DNA from: Promethearchaeota archaeon
GTDB lineage: Archaea > Asgardarchaeota > Lokiarchaeia > Sigyniarchaeales > SOKP01
Assembly: GCA_016839585.1 (NCBI GenBank)
Contig: JAEOTZ010000044.1
Location: 1 to 43,532 of the forward strand
Reading direction: 5' to 3'
DNA length: 43,532 nt
The position numbers and the translations under genes are program-made. The notes under the pieces were generated by a model, which made no database searches, had not been told where the DNA came from, and saw nothing but the letters and a program-made list of their open reading frames with translations. The first letter of the stretch is position 1. Each line of letters starts with the position of its first letter. This document shows, one piece after another, positions 1 through 8,334 of this stretch.

Positions 1-578
1 GCTTGAGCAGCATAATAATAATTTTTGTTATCATAGTAAATATTTGCCATTTGGATAAATATTGGAAATCTCATCCATGCATTTTCAATATTTAATGGAG
101 AATCACCATTAATCATAGCTAAACATAGAGCTTGAAGTGCTTGATGAAAATTTCTAGGATTCAAATTTAAAAACGCTTCTAAACTGAGATAATTAACCCA
201 AATGGTTTCCAATAAGTCATTTACTGACATTGGTAAAACACCATTTTGATCATAAAAAATTATAACTGTTGGTATATCTCTCTTAACCGAAAATATATCG
301 GGAAGAAGCATCTTGAATAATTCAAATTCTCCTACTTCCAAAGGATTTAAAAAGTAAACAATTCCGTCAGCAGTAGGAAGTAGCTCATCAAAATCAGCTG
401 CAATATTTGTAATAACATCAACTTCTAAATCGCAATAATCTTCTAAAACCCTTATTTCCCTATACCATTCGTTATAAGATTCTTTTTCTTCTCCAATTTC
501 ATTAAAAGCTTCAGAAATATAAAGGTCAGATATTTCTGGATTGCCGGAAAAGATTAAGATTTTGAAGATATATCGCAT
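1..578 (-). CDS. Degenerate small-GTPase-fold (pseudo-GTPase) protein, probably followed by a helical/TPR-like region; runs off the window edge
   Basis: Not in the ORF track. Hand translation from ATG at 578 is open to the window end: MRYIFKILIFSGNPEISDLYI...DLEVDVIT...ADGIVYFLNP...DIPTVIIFYDQ...MANIYYDNKNYYYAAQ. The strand order matches a Ras/Rab G-domain, but GxxxxGKS/T, DxxG and NKxD are all absent. Confidence 0.65.
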   Translation of the reverse strand, partial: MRYIFKILIFSGNPEISDLYISEAFNEIGEEKESYNEWYREIRVLEDYCDLEVDVITNIAADFDELLPTADGIVYFLNPLEVGEFELFKMLLPDIFSVKRDIPTVIIFYDQNGVLPMSVNDLLETIWVNYLSLEAFLNLNPRNFHQALQALCLAMINGDSPLNIENAWMRFPIFIQMANIYYDNKNYYYAAQ

Positions 579-803
579 TTTTATAAAAATTATCAAATTT
601 TTTTTTAATACTTATTGTATAAATATTTATGATTCTTTTTTATTTTTATTTTATAACAAGGAACTATATTGATTAGAATTAACTCATAAAATTAAGAGTA
701 TAAAACTTATGATAAAATTTATTATTAGAAGGGTTCTTTTAAATATAATTATTTAAATTCAAGTGTTTATAAAAATTTTTAAGGACAAATCGGAGATTCA
801 ACA

Positions 804-1466
804 TTGGATTACATTGAAAGGAATTATCATATTATTGAACAAAGAATGATTGAGCAAATGGAACACTCTATAGGATTAGGAAGACAATTAATTGAGACAG
901 AATTGGATACAGGGTTATTAAACTTTATCGTAAAACCTATAGTAAAGACTTTTTATGATTTTTGGGCTAAAAATGATGCAAGGTCTGGAACTTTAAAACA
1001 AATTAAAATTACTCTAGATAGCGGTAAAGAATTATTACTTAATGGCAATTTAGAACAAAATCTTGATAAAATTGTTGAAGAAAACTTTCCAAAATATCTT
1101 GAAGCAGATCAAACGCATACCCAATGCTCGAAAACACATCACAATTATGAAAGAATAAAACAAGTTGCAAAAGAAACGTTTATGAATTATTTGAAAGAAG
1201 TGATAAAGCTTTTAGAAGTAAAGGATGATGTAGAAAATTATGGAGACTTATGTCGGGTAGCATTTCCTTCCAGAGAAATAGCTGAAGAGAATTTAATGAG
1301 ACAGTTAGATTGTACAGAAAAAGGTATTGAAATAGTTGAAGAGGATCTTTCAATTCTTAAAATCCCATTAGGACGAAAAATTATTGTCAAAGCACTTAGA
1401 CGAGGTCTTGAGTTAACTAAAAAAGAATTCATTGATGCTTTAAATGATACATATAATCAAAAATAA
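804..1466 (+). CDS. Hypothetical alpha-helical protein, paralog of 1577..2236
   Basis: 220 aa ORF with TTG start and GGAG just upstream. Aligns end to end with the next ORF. Confidence 0.85.
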   Translation: MDYIERNYHIIEQRMIEQMEHSIGLGRQLIETELDTGLLNFIVKPIVKTFYDFWAKNDARSGTLKQIKITLDSGKELLLNGNLEQNLDKIVEENFPKYLEADQTHTQCSKTHHNYERIKQVAKETFMNYLKEVIKLLEVKDDVENYGDLCRVAFPSREIAEENLMRQLDCTEKGIEIVEEDLSILKIPLGRKIIVKALRRGLELTKKEFIDALNDTYNQK

Positions 1467-1576
1467 TTAAACTATTAATTTTATAGTTGATTTAAAATAA
1501 TATAAGTTCTATTTTTCTTAAAACAGAATAATAAAGATATAAATTATACTTGATCAATCCTGTTGGAGAATAACTC

Positions 1577-2236
1577 ATGAATTATATGAATAGAAACTAT
1601 AAAATCTTAGAACGAAGAATGATTGATCAAATGCAAATTTCACTCAATTATGGAAAATCCCTTATTGATTCTGAATTGAATGTTGGTGCTCTAAATTTTG
1701 TTGTAAAACCAATTGTACAATCATTTTATAAATACTGGTCTGATAAAGATGCTAAAGTGGGAACATTAGAACAGATAAGAATCACTCTTGATTCTGCTAA
1801 AGAACTTGTACTAAATGGAGATCTTTCAAAAGAAAAATTGGATAAAATTATTAATCGAAATTTCCCTATTTACCTAAAGCATGACCAGACAAACATGCAG
1901 TGTAAAAAAAATCATTCTAATTATCTAAGACTCAAAGAAGTCACAAAAAAATGCTTTGAAACACAGGTTGAAGAAAGTCTCTTATTTTTAAAAGTTGAGG
2001 AAGATATTAAAGATTACACTGAATTATCGAAAGCAGCATTTAAATACAAAGAAAAAGCATATCAAGCTTTAAAGCGTCAGTTAGACTTTAATGAGGAGGG
2101 TATTTCGATTGTAGAAGAAGATGATTCAATTTTAAAAGTTCCTATCGGCAAAAATATAATTTTAAAAGTACTTCGAAAGGGATTTGAACTTACAAAAGAA
2201 CAATTAATAGAAGAGCTTGACCACATTTTCAATTAG
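1577..2236 (+). CDS. Hypothetical alpha-helical protein, paralog of 804..1466
   Basis: 219 aa ORF with GGAG upstream. Shared motifs: RNY, LNFxVKPIV, GTLxQIxITLDS, DQTxxQCxKxHxNY, RQLD, SILKxPxG. Confidence 0.85.
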   Translation: MNYMNRNYKILERRMIDQMQISLNYGKSLIDSELNVGALNFVVKPIVQSFYKYWSDKDAKVGTLEQIRITLDSAKELVLNGDLSKEKLDKIINRNFPIYLKHDQTNMQCKKNHSNYLRLKEVTKKCFETQVEESLLFLKVEEDIKDYTELSKAAFKYKEKAYQALKRQLDFNEEGISIVEEDDSILKVPIGKNIILKVLRKGFELTKEQLIEELDHIFN

Positions 2237-2283
2237 AACAAGTAAAATGTTATAAATTCTACAAATAAACATTTGATATTATC

Positions 2284-3330
2284 TTGATTGAAGAAGCTAA
2301 TGGAAATGAACAAAGAACCCTGTTAAGAACAGTTTTTTTAAATATCTTAATTAATATTTTCATTATTATGACCTATGTATATATTTCAGATCCTTTTGGA
2401 TCAATCTCAACCAATTTTATTAAAAGCCAAGATTTTGAAATAGAATTTGGAGTGACACTGCTTATTTTTACATTTCTATCTTTTCTAGCAGGATCTTATC
2501 ATGGATTTATAGCCGGTTTTTTAGGTGAATTACTATTTCAACTAGCTTTTTATCATGAATTATATCTTGAGTGGTGTCTAATTGTTGCTATTTTAGGATT
2601 TTTATGTGGTATATACAAGTATAAACCTTTAAAATATCAAGAAGGAATGAAAACTTATTATACGTTTATTATACTAATTGCCATTTCGTTTTTGATAACT
2701 GGTATTATCATTTTGTTTTATTACATATTCCATCATAATGAATTTAGTAACGAAACTATAATTTTGAATTTTGGATTCAAATTTTTTATCCAATCTCTTC
2801 TTTCAATTATGTTTATAATTCCTCTGCTTCTAGCGTTATATGATAGGATTTTAGCCAAGGATGAAAAATTTATATATAATATGCTCTTAACTCATCATCC
2901 CGTTTCAGCAAGTGACCATACTTTTTATTTTAAATTCGGGAGGACCAGAATATATCTATGTTCTAGATGCTCTGGAGTAATTCTAGGTGGGATTATAGCA
3001 CTATTTTCAACTTATTTAATAGAAAACATATTCAATGCGCAATTTAGTCCTGAATTAGCAGTAATTTTATGTATTGTGTTACCTATTCCAGGAATTATTG
3101 ATTGGGGAACACAAAGGTTATTATTAAGGAAAAGTACAACAACTTCAAGGTTATTTACAGGATTTATTATTGGAAATGCCTTGCATTTTATATCGTTGAC
3201 AGAAAAGTATTATTTTTTTATCTTATTCTTAATTATGTTTTACTTCAGTATTTTCTTTCTACTTGTATATTTAGGCCACAAAAAGGAATTGAAATTATTA
3301 AAAGCCGAAGCTGATGGATTTTCTTCTTAA
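2284..3330 (+). CDS. Membrane protein: ECF-transporter S-component-like N-terminal part fused to a DUF2085-like (HH...CxRCxG) membrane domain
   Basis: The N-half has the S-component-like pattern FLAGSYHGFIAGFLGELL...WCLIVAILGFLCG. The C-half has THHP...YLCSRCSG...PGIIDWGTQ...SRLFTGFIIG, typical of DUF2085. Confidence 0.6.
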   Translation: MIEEANGNEQRTLLRTVFLNILINIFIIMTYVYISDPFGSISTNFIKSQDFEIEFGVTLLIFTFLSFLAGSYHGFIAGFLGELLFQLAFYHELYLEWCLIVAILGFLCGIYKYKPLKYQEGMKTYYTFIILIAISFLITGIIILFYYIFHHNEFSNETIILNFGFKFFIQSLLSIMFIIPLLLALYDRILAKDEKFIYNMLLTHHPVSASDHTFYFKFGRTRIYLCSRCSGVILGGIIALFSTYLIENIFNAQFSPELAVILCIVLPIPGIIDWGTQRLLLRKSTTTSRLFTGFIIGNALHFISLTEKYYFFILFLIMFYFSIFFLLVYLGHKKELKLLKAEADGFSS

Positions 3331-3411
3331 GAACAAATTGAATAATGTAATATTTCTCTTATCAAAAAAAAATTTAAAATAATCTATATATTAAAAAGGA
3401 AGGTTTCAAAA

Positions 3412-3927
3412 ACGGAAAACATAATATTTATTCATGGACTTGAAAGTTCTGGTCGTGGATTCAAAGCTCTATATTTAAAAAGGCAATTACCTGAGATATT
3501 AACACCTAGTTTCATAGAATTCACATCAGGTATATCATATAAAATTTTATTGAAAAAGAGGATGAACCAATTAATTGAAATTTTAAAAAATAAAGATTCT
3601 TGGATAATTATTGGATCAAGTTTTGGAGGATTAATGGCAGTACTTTATACATGTCTTTATCCTTCCAAAATCAAACATCTGATTCTTCTTGCCCCTTATT
3701 TAGCTATTCCCGAACTAGATCCTAAAAATTTTTCAAATTTACCTCTTAACATTCCTATAATTATTTATCACGCTAGACAAGATAAAATCATTTCAATGAA
3801 AAAGTCTCGAGCAAGAGCAGAACAACTTTTCTCCAATATTACTTATCATATAATTGAAGATGATAACCATAAACTCCAATCCACTGTACAAAGAATAAAT
3901 TGGAAAGAATTGATTCAACATATTTAA
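3412..3927 (+). CDS. Alpha/beta-hydrolase (YqiA/UPF0227-like esterase); probable non-canonical ACG start
   Basis: Nucleophile GSSFGG, acid (HARQD) and His (DNHKL) are present. The family motif IIFIHGLESSG is in frame upstream of the track's TTG at 3550. The in-frame ACG at 3412 follows AGGAAGG. Confidence 0.75.
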   Translation, partial: TENIIFIHGLESSGRGFKALYLKRQLPEILTPSFIEFTSGISYKILLKKRMNQLIEILKNKDSWIIIGSSFGGLMAVLYTCLYPSKIKHLILLAPYLAIPELDPKNFSNLPLNIPIIIYHARQDKIISMKKSRARAEQLFSNITYHIIEDDNHKLQSTVQRINWKELIQHI

Positions 3928-4067
3928 CTTAGAAAATTGAAATTTGGAATTTATTATCTATTTCTCTTTTTACAACAATTTTTAAAAACTGGACTCCATT
4001 TTTTTTAAAATTAATCATTAACATCATTTTATTAATATTATTTAAAAATCTAAAAAGTGTAATAAAG

Positions 4068-4586
4068 ATGGATTGGAGTAATATTGCTGATAAAATTTTT
4101 TTATGGTATAATGAGTTTATAGAATGGTATTTAGTACAACCTATTTATGGTCAGATATTAGTAATAATTGGAATTGTAGCACTTTTAGCAATATTAATAA
4201 CTCTTGTTTATTATCTGATAAAAGGTATTAGTTATTTAATTTACTATGCTATTAAGGGGGTCTATTATCTTCTCAAGGGTGTTGGCTTTGGTTTTTATAA
4301 ATTATGTGAAGGTTTTTACTATTTAATATCAGGTGAACCAAAGCCTAAAAAGCAAAAACAGAATTTGATCCCCCAAAATAAACAATCTAATGGGCAATCT
4401 GAAGAACCTTACAGAATAATGGAAATAGTTCAACATAATATTATGTATTGCAATGAGTGTGGAAATAAATTTTCTGAAAAAATGCATAATAATTTAAAAA
4501 TCAATGGAATTGCTTTCTGTGTACATTGTGGAAAAAGATTTGAATTAAATGAAACTACAAAACACATAATTTCTATTTATCCTTAA
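4068..4586 (+). CDS. Membrane protein with periodic Tyr/Gly helix and C-terminal Zn ribbon
   Basis: TM segment ILVIIGIVALLAILITLV, five YYxxKG-like units, and CNECG-x18-CVHCG. Confidence 0.8.
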   Translation: MDWSNIADKIFLWYNEFIEWYLVQPIYGQILVIIGIVALLAILITLVYYLIKGISYLIYYAIKGVYYLLKGVGFGFYKLCEGFYYLISGEPKPKKQKQNLIPQNKQSNGQSEEPYRIMEIVQHNIMYCNECGNKFSEKMHNNLKINGIAFCVHCGKRFELNETTKHIISIYP

Positions 4587-4662
4587 TTAAATTTTATGCT
4601 AAAATCAAAAAAAATTAAAATAAGCAAATAAAAACAATATTATATAGGTGTAGTTAAAGAGT

Positions 4663-6264
4663 ATGTCAAAAAAATTGTTTGTATGCAGTGAATGTGGATA
4701 TGTTTTTCCAGAACAATTATCTCATTTAATAGAACAAAATATTCAAGTATATTGTGAAAGATGTGGTTCGCCATTTATTCTAGAAGGAGTTGAATTTAAA
4801 CCAGCACCTGTTCCATATAGGAGAAAAACATTACCTTCTCCATTAAGCATATCACAAAAAGATTCAACTGCACTAAATAAGATAATCCAATTTTTAAACA
4901 GAATTGCTTTTATCCCTCTATTAATATTCACTATCGTTAGTTTTGGTTTAATTTTTGGAGTAATTTTTGATCCCGATAATTGGTTTGATATTTTTTTCAG
5001 ATACGCTCTTCAAGGAATTATTGGTCTTTTCATTTTAATATATGATAGAGCTTATATCTCACCAAAAATAAAAGAAAGAAAATTTAATGTCATATTTATT
5101 GATGCCTTCAGTTGGGGAATTTTAGGTTGTGTACTTTACGGTACAGGTGTAATTCTTCTTATTAAGGGCATATTTATAATGCTCTATGTTATAACTGATC
5201 GAGAAAATAAAGACTATAAAGCTTATGATTTTGGATTACTTATTAAAAATTCATTAAATTATTTTTCAGCTAAAGCCGGTTTGTTAATAATTTTATTGGG
5301 AATATATGGTGTTTATCTTGGTGAATTGTATTTAGCAATAAATGCCGCTAGAGTAATAATTATAGAATATCCTGTTTATATAGAACTATCTCCTATGCTA
5401 TTAGCCTTAATTGTCTTACTAATAATAGCATTAATAGTAATTATAATTGACGCTAAGTCAAAGCATAAAATTAAGGAGAAAAGAGAATTTAAAAAAAGAG
5501 ATGCAGTTCCGGTAATTATTCGCGGAATATTTAGTACAATATTTTTTGCAGCTGGTATTTTTATTCTACTGAAAGGAATACTTCTGTTTATCCTTACTTT
5601 TGGCAAACCTTCTGAAATTAGAAAAGTTATTCCTAAAGAAGAAAAACAAGTATATTATCCTCCGCCATATAAACAAATTGAGCCACCAGATAGAGTCATT
5701 CCTGAAGAAAAAGAAGTTGAGTTTGAAGAAACTTCTAAACCTATTATTAGTCAGCCACCCTCAGCATTCCTGCCCGAGGAAAAAGTTTTAACGATTGAGC
5801 AACAAAAAGATGTAAGGCTTGAGTTAGGTAGAATTGAAAAAGAAGATAAGAAAAAATATAAAAAAGAAAAAGAAATAAAGGAAAAAGAATTTGAATTAAA
5901 ACTACATGAATCTCTTTTACCAGTAAAAAATGAGAAGGATAAGAAATTAGTACAGCAATATTTTTCAAAAATTTTTACGGTTTTATCTAAGGATTTAAGA
6001 AAACAAATAATTGACTTAAAAATCCCCAAGAAAGAGAAAAAAGAATTATTAGAAGAACTTGTCTTTTTAACGAAGGAAGAACAAGTTAAATACATCGAAG
6101 CTTTAGTTAGTTTATATGAAGAAATACCTCATAAACTAATAGAAAGAATCCGAAAACTCCCTAATGTTAAACCTAAACATTATGATAAAATTGTGACCCA
6201 ATTGAAATATATGGATGCTAAAGAGCAAATAAAGTTCATACAATTTTTAGAGGAAAACGCCTAA
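4663..6264 (+). CDS. Polytopic membrane protein with N-terminal Zn ribbon, duplicated TM module, Pro/Glu/Lys linker and C-terminal helical repeat
   Basis: CSECG-x18-CERCG, about 8-9 hydrophobic segments, charged C-terminal domain. Confidence 0.8.
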   Translation: MSKKLFVCSECGYVFPEQLSHLIEQNIQVYCERCGSPFILEGVEFKPAPVPYRRKTLPSPLSISQKDSTALNKIIQFLNRIAFIPLLIFTIVSFGLIFGVIFDPDNWFDIFFRYALQGIIGLFILIYDRAYISPKIKERKFNVIFIDAFSWGILGCVLYGTGVILLIKGIFIMLYVITDRENKDYKAYDFGLLIKNSLNYFSAKAGLLIILLGIYGVYLGELYLAINAARVIIIEYPVYIELSPMLLALIVLLIIALIVIIIDAKSKHKIKEKREFKKRDAVPVIIRGIFSTIFFAAGIFILLKGILLFILTFGKPSEIRKVIPKEEKQVYYPPPYKQIEPPDRVIPEEKEVEFEETSKPIISQPPSAFLPEEKVLTIEQQKDVRLELGRIEKEDKKKYKKEKEIKEKEFELKLHESLLPVKNEKDKKLVQQYFSKIFTVLSKDLRKQIIDLKIPKKEKKELLEELVFLTKEEQVKYIEALVSLYEEIPHKLIERIRKLPNVKPKHYDKIVTQLKYMDAKEQIKFIQFLEENA

Positions 6265-6266
6265 AA

Positions 6267-7151
6267 ATGTCGCTTGAGAAAAGAAGAGAAACCAATGGAA
6301 CTAATAAAGAGGAATTATTAGAGGATAGTTCATTTAGGCGCTCAGATTTTACTCCTCTTGAAATAAAAGAGAAAAAAGAAATATTAAAAACACCAGTTTC
6401 AGAAGATTTAACTGAAATTGAAAAAGATATATTAGAAATTGCAAAGGAAATATTAAAATTAAAACGTTATGGTGCTGAATTTGAGATCGAGTCAGAAACT
6501 CAAATACAAAAGTATCCAATAATTGAGAAATTATATGCAAAAAGTATTGCAAAGCTTTCTTATAAGAAGGGATATAGTAAAGAAGAAATCTTTCTCGCAA
6601 TTCGAAGTTTAGAAGAAAAGAATTGGATAGTTACAAACGAAAGAAGGACGAAATTAGAAATTTTAAACAACAAAAAATTAATGAATATTTTAAAATATAT
6701 TGAAGACCATCCAGGGATTCATGCGAGAGATGAGAGAATTGAAAAAGAGTTAAAAATCACACGAACACCATTTTTAAAACATGTTATGACTTTAGAAAGA
6801 TTTAAACTTATTAGATCAAAAAGAATTGGTAAAACTCTTCATTATTTTTTAAAAGATCTCTCAGAAGATCATGATAAATATAAAATAATCTTTTTAAATC
6901 CAATGATTCCTAAAATTATTGAGGAATTCTTTAAAGATGAGTCTATAACAATTTCTGCGATTGGAGAAGCGCTTGATATTTATTCAGGTACAATTCAATA
7001 TCATATTAACAAATTAAAAGAATTAAACCTTGTAAAAACCGCTAAAAACCAATCAGACAAAAAAATTCATTTAGTAAATATCGAAATATTAAAGAAATAT
7101 AACAAGTTTTTTAAAGAACCTGATTTTTCTAGATTATTACGGGGGCTTTAA
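6267..7151 (+). CDS. Multi-winged-helix transcriptional regulator (COG3398-like)
   Basis: ILKYIEDHPGIHAR...KHVMTLERFKLIRS and TISAIGEALDIYSGTIQYHINKLKELNLV wHTH motifs. Starts 2 nt after the preceding stop. Confidence 0.75.
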   Translation: MSLEKRRETNGTNKEELLEDSSFRRSDFTPLEIKEKKEILKTPVSEDLTEIEKDILEIAKEILKLKRYGAEFEIESETQIQKYPIIEKLYAKSIAKLSYKKGYSKEEIFLAIRSLEEKNWIVTNERRTKLEILNNKKLMNILKYIEDHPGIHARDERIEKELKITRTPFLKHVMTLERFKLIRSKRIGKTLHYFLKDLSEDHDKYKIIFLNPMIPKIIEEFFKDESITISAIGEALDIYSGTIQYHINKLKELNLVKTAKNQSDKKIHLVNIEILKKYNKFFKEPDFSRLLRGL

Positions 7152-8027
7152 TTAAAGAAGTTGCTTAACTTTGGGTAATACCTTAGTTAATAATTCTATT
7201 GCATTATCTATCCCATTTTCCATATCAGGATGAATTTCATTTGAATTAAGTAAGTCAAAATTCGGATGTCCGGGTAAGTCTGATACAGAAAGGATTGAAA
7301 CTGTTTTAATATTAAATAATCTCCCTAATAAGAATAAAGTAGAAGATTCCATGTCTATACCTTGGACGTTTATTGATGTTAAAGCTCTTATGAATTCTAA
7401 AGTTTCGCAAAATAAAGCATCAGTGGTCCATAAATTAATCTCTTTAACTCTATCAGGTAAAAAGGAAACTCCTTTAGTTAAACATAAATCTTTTAATATC
7501 TCATTGGGTTTAGATATGAATATAGTATGATTTCCAGCAATTATGTTTTGAAATCTAGCTAAAGGATTCGAAATAGAATCTAATTGATTTGCTAACGAAG
7601 GATTCGTTCTAATATAATTTGGTGAAGTTCCATCATCACAATAAGCTAATTTTGGGATTAGTATGTCCCCTATATTGATTGGATAAATTTCATTTTCAAT
7701 CCCTCCGCAAAAATCAATTCTTATTACTGCTTTAGTTTTACAGCGTTTTAAACATTCCATTGTTAAAGCACAATTAGGAGCTCCAACTAAGGAACGAATT
7801 ACACTAACTCTTATATCATTTATGGTACCATTATAAACTCTCCCATAATTTCTTTTATTCTGAAGCTTTTGTAAGATTTTTTTCATTACTAATTTTACTG
7901 CAGGAAGTATAACAATCTCATTAATATTAGAAGGGCTGGTTTCTAAAAATAATCTTACTATTTTCTCATCTACGCTAATAAATTTTAGTCCAAGATTTAA
8001 TAATTCACTTTTTATTCTATTTAGCAT
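7152..8027 (-). CDS. Nucleoside phosphorylase (PNP/UDP family I)
   Basis: VGAPNCA, IRIDFCGG, WTTDALFCET, GIDMESS and SVSD motifs. Confidence 0.85.
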   Translation of the reverse strand: MLNRIKSELLNLGLKFISVDEKIVRLFLETSPSNINEIVILPAVKLVMKKILQKLQNKRNYGRVYNGTINDIRVSVIRSLVGAPNCALTMECLKRCKTKAVIRIDFCGGIENEIYPINIGDILIPKLAYCDDGTSPNYIRTNPSLANQLDSISNPLARFQNIIAGNHTIFISKPNEILKDLCLTKGVSFLPDRVKEINLWTTDALFCETLEFIRALTSINVQGIDMESSTLFLLGRLFNIKTVSILSVSDLPGHPNFDLLNSNEIHPDMENGIDNAIELLTKVLPKVKQLL

Positions 8028-8334
8028 TTTAAAATCATTGAATATTTGTTGAATATGAATAAACTATACCTTATTCTATATATAAAATTAATATTAATTT
8101 TTCTAATATTAATATTTCATATTGAACTTAACATGAGTGGCTCGAAATGGGAGATCATTTTTATTAAACTTTTAGTAAGTAAATGAAAAGAATTCAAATT
8201 GTTTTGGTTATAATTTAAAAGAACTCTCCTAATTACTAATAAACTTATAATTTGTAAGAATATAAATTTAATATGTTGCTATAATAGATTTATTTATTAA
8301 AGCTAATTAGAAATTAGAATTCAAAGGTTACTAG

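Noticed and set aside
8130-8190. Slightly GC-richer patch with a short hairpin and a 17-codon ORF (MSGSKWEIIFIKLLVSK) upstream of taw1
   Set aside because: The stems are only 3-5 bp and the ORF is too short; compatible with chance.
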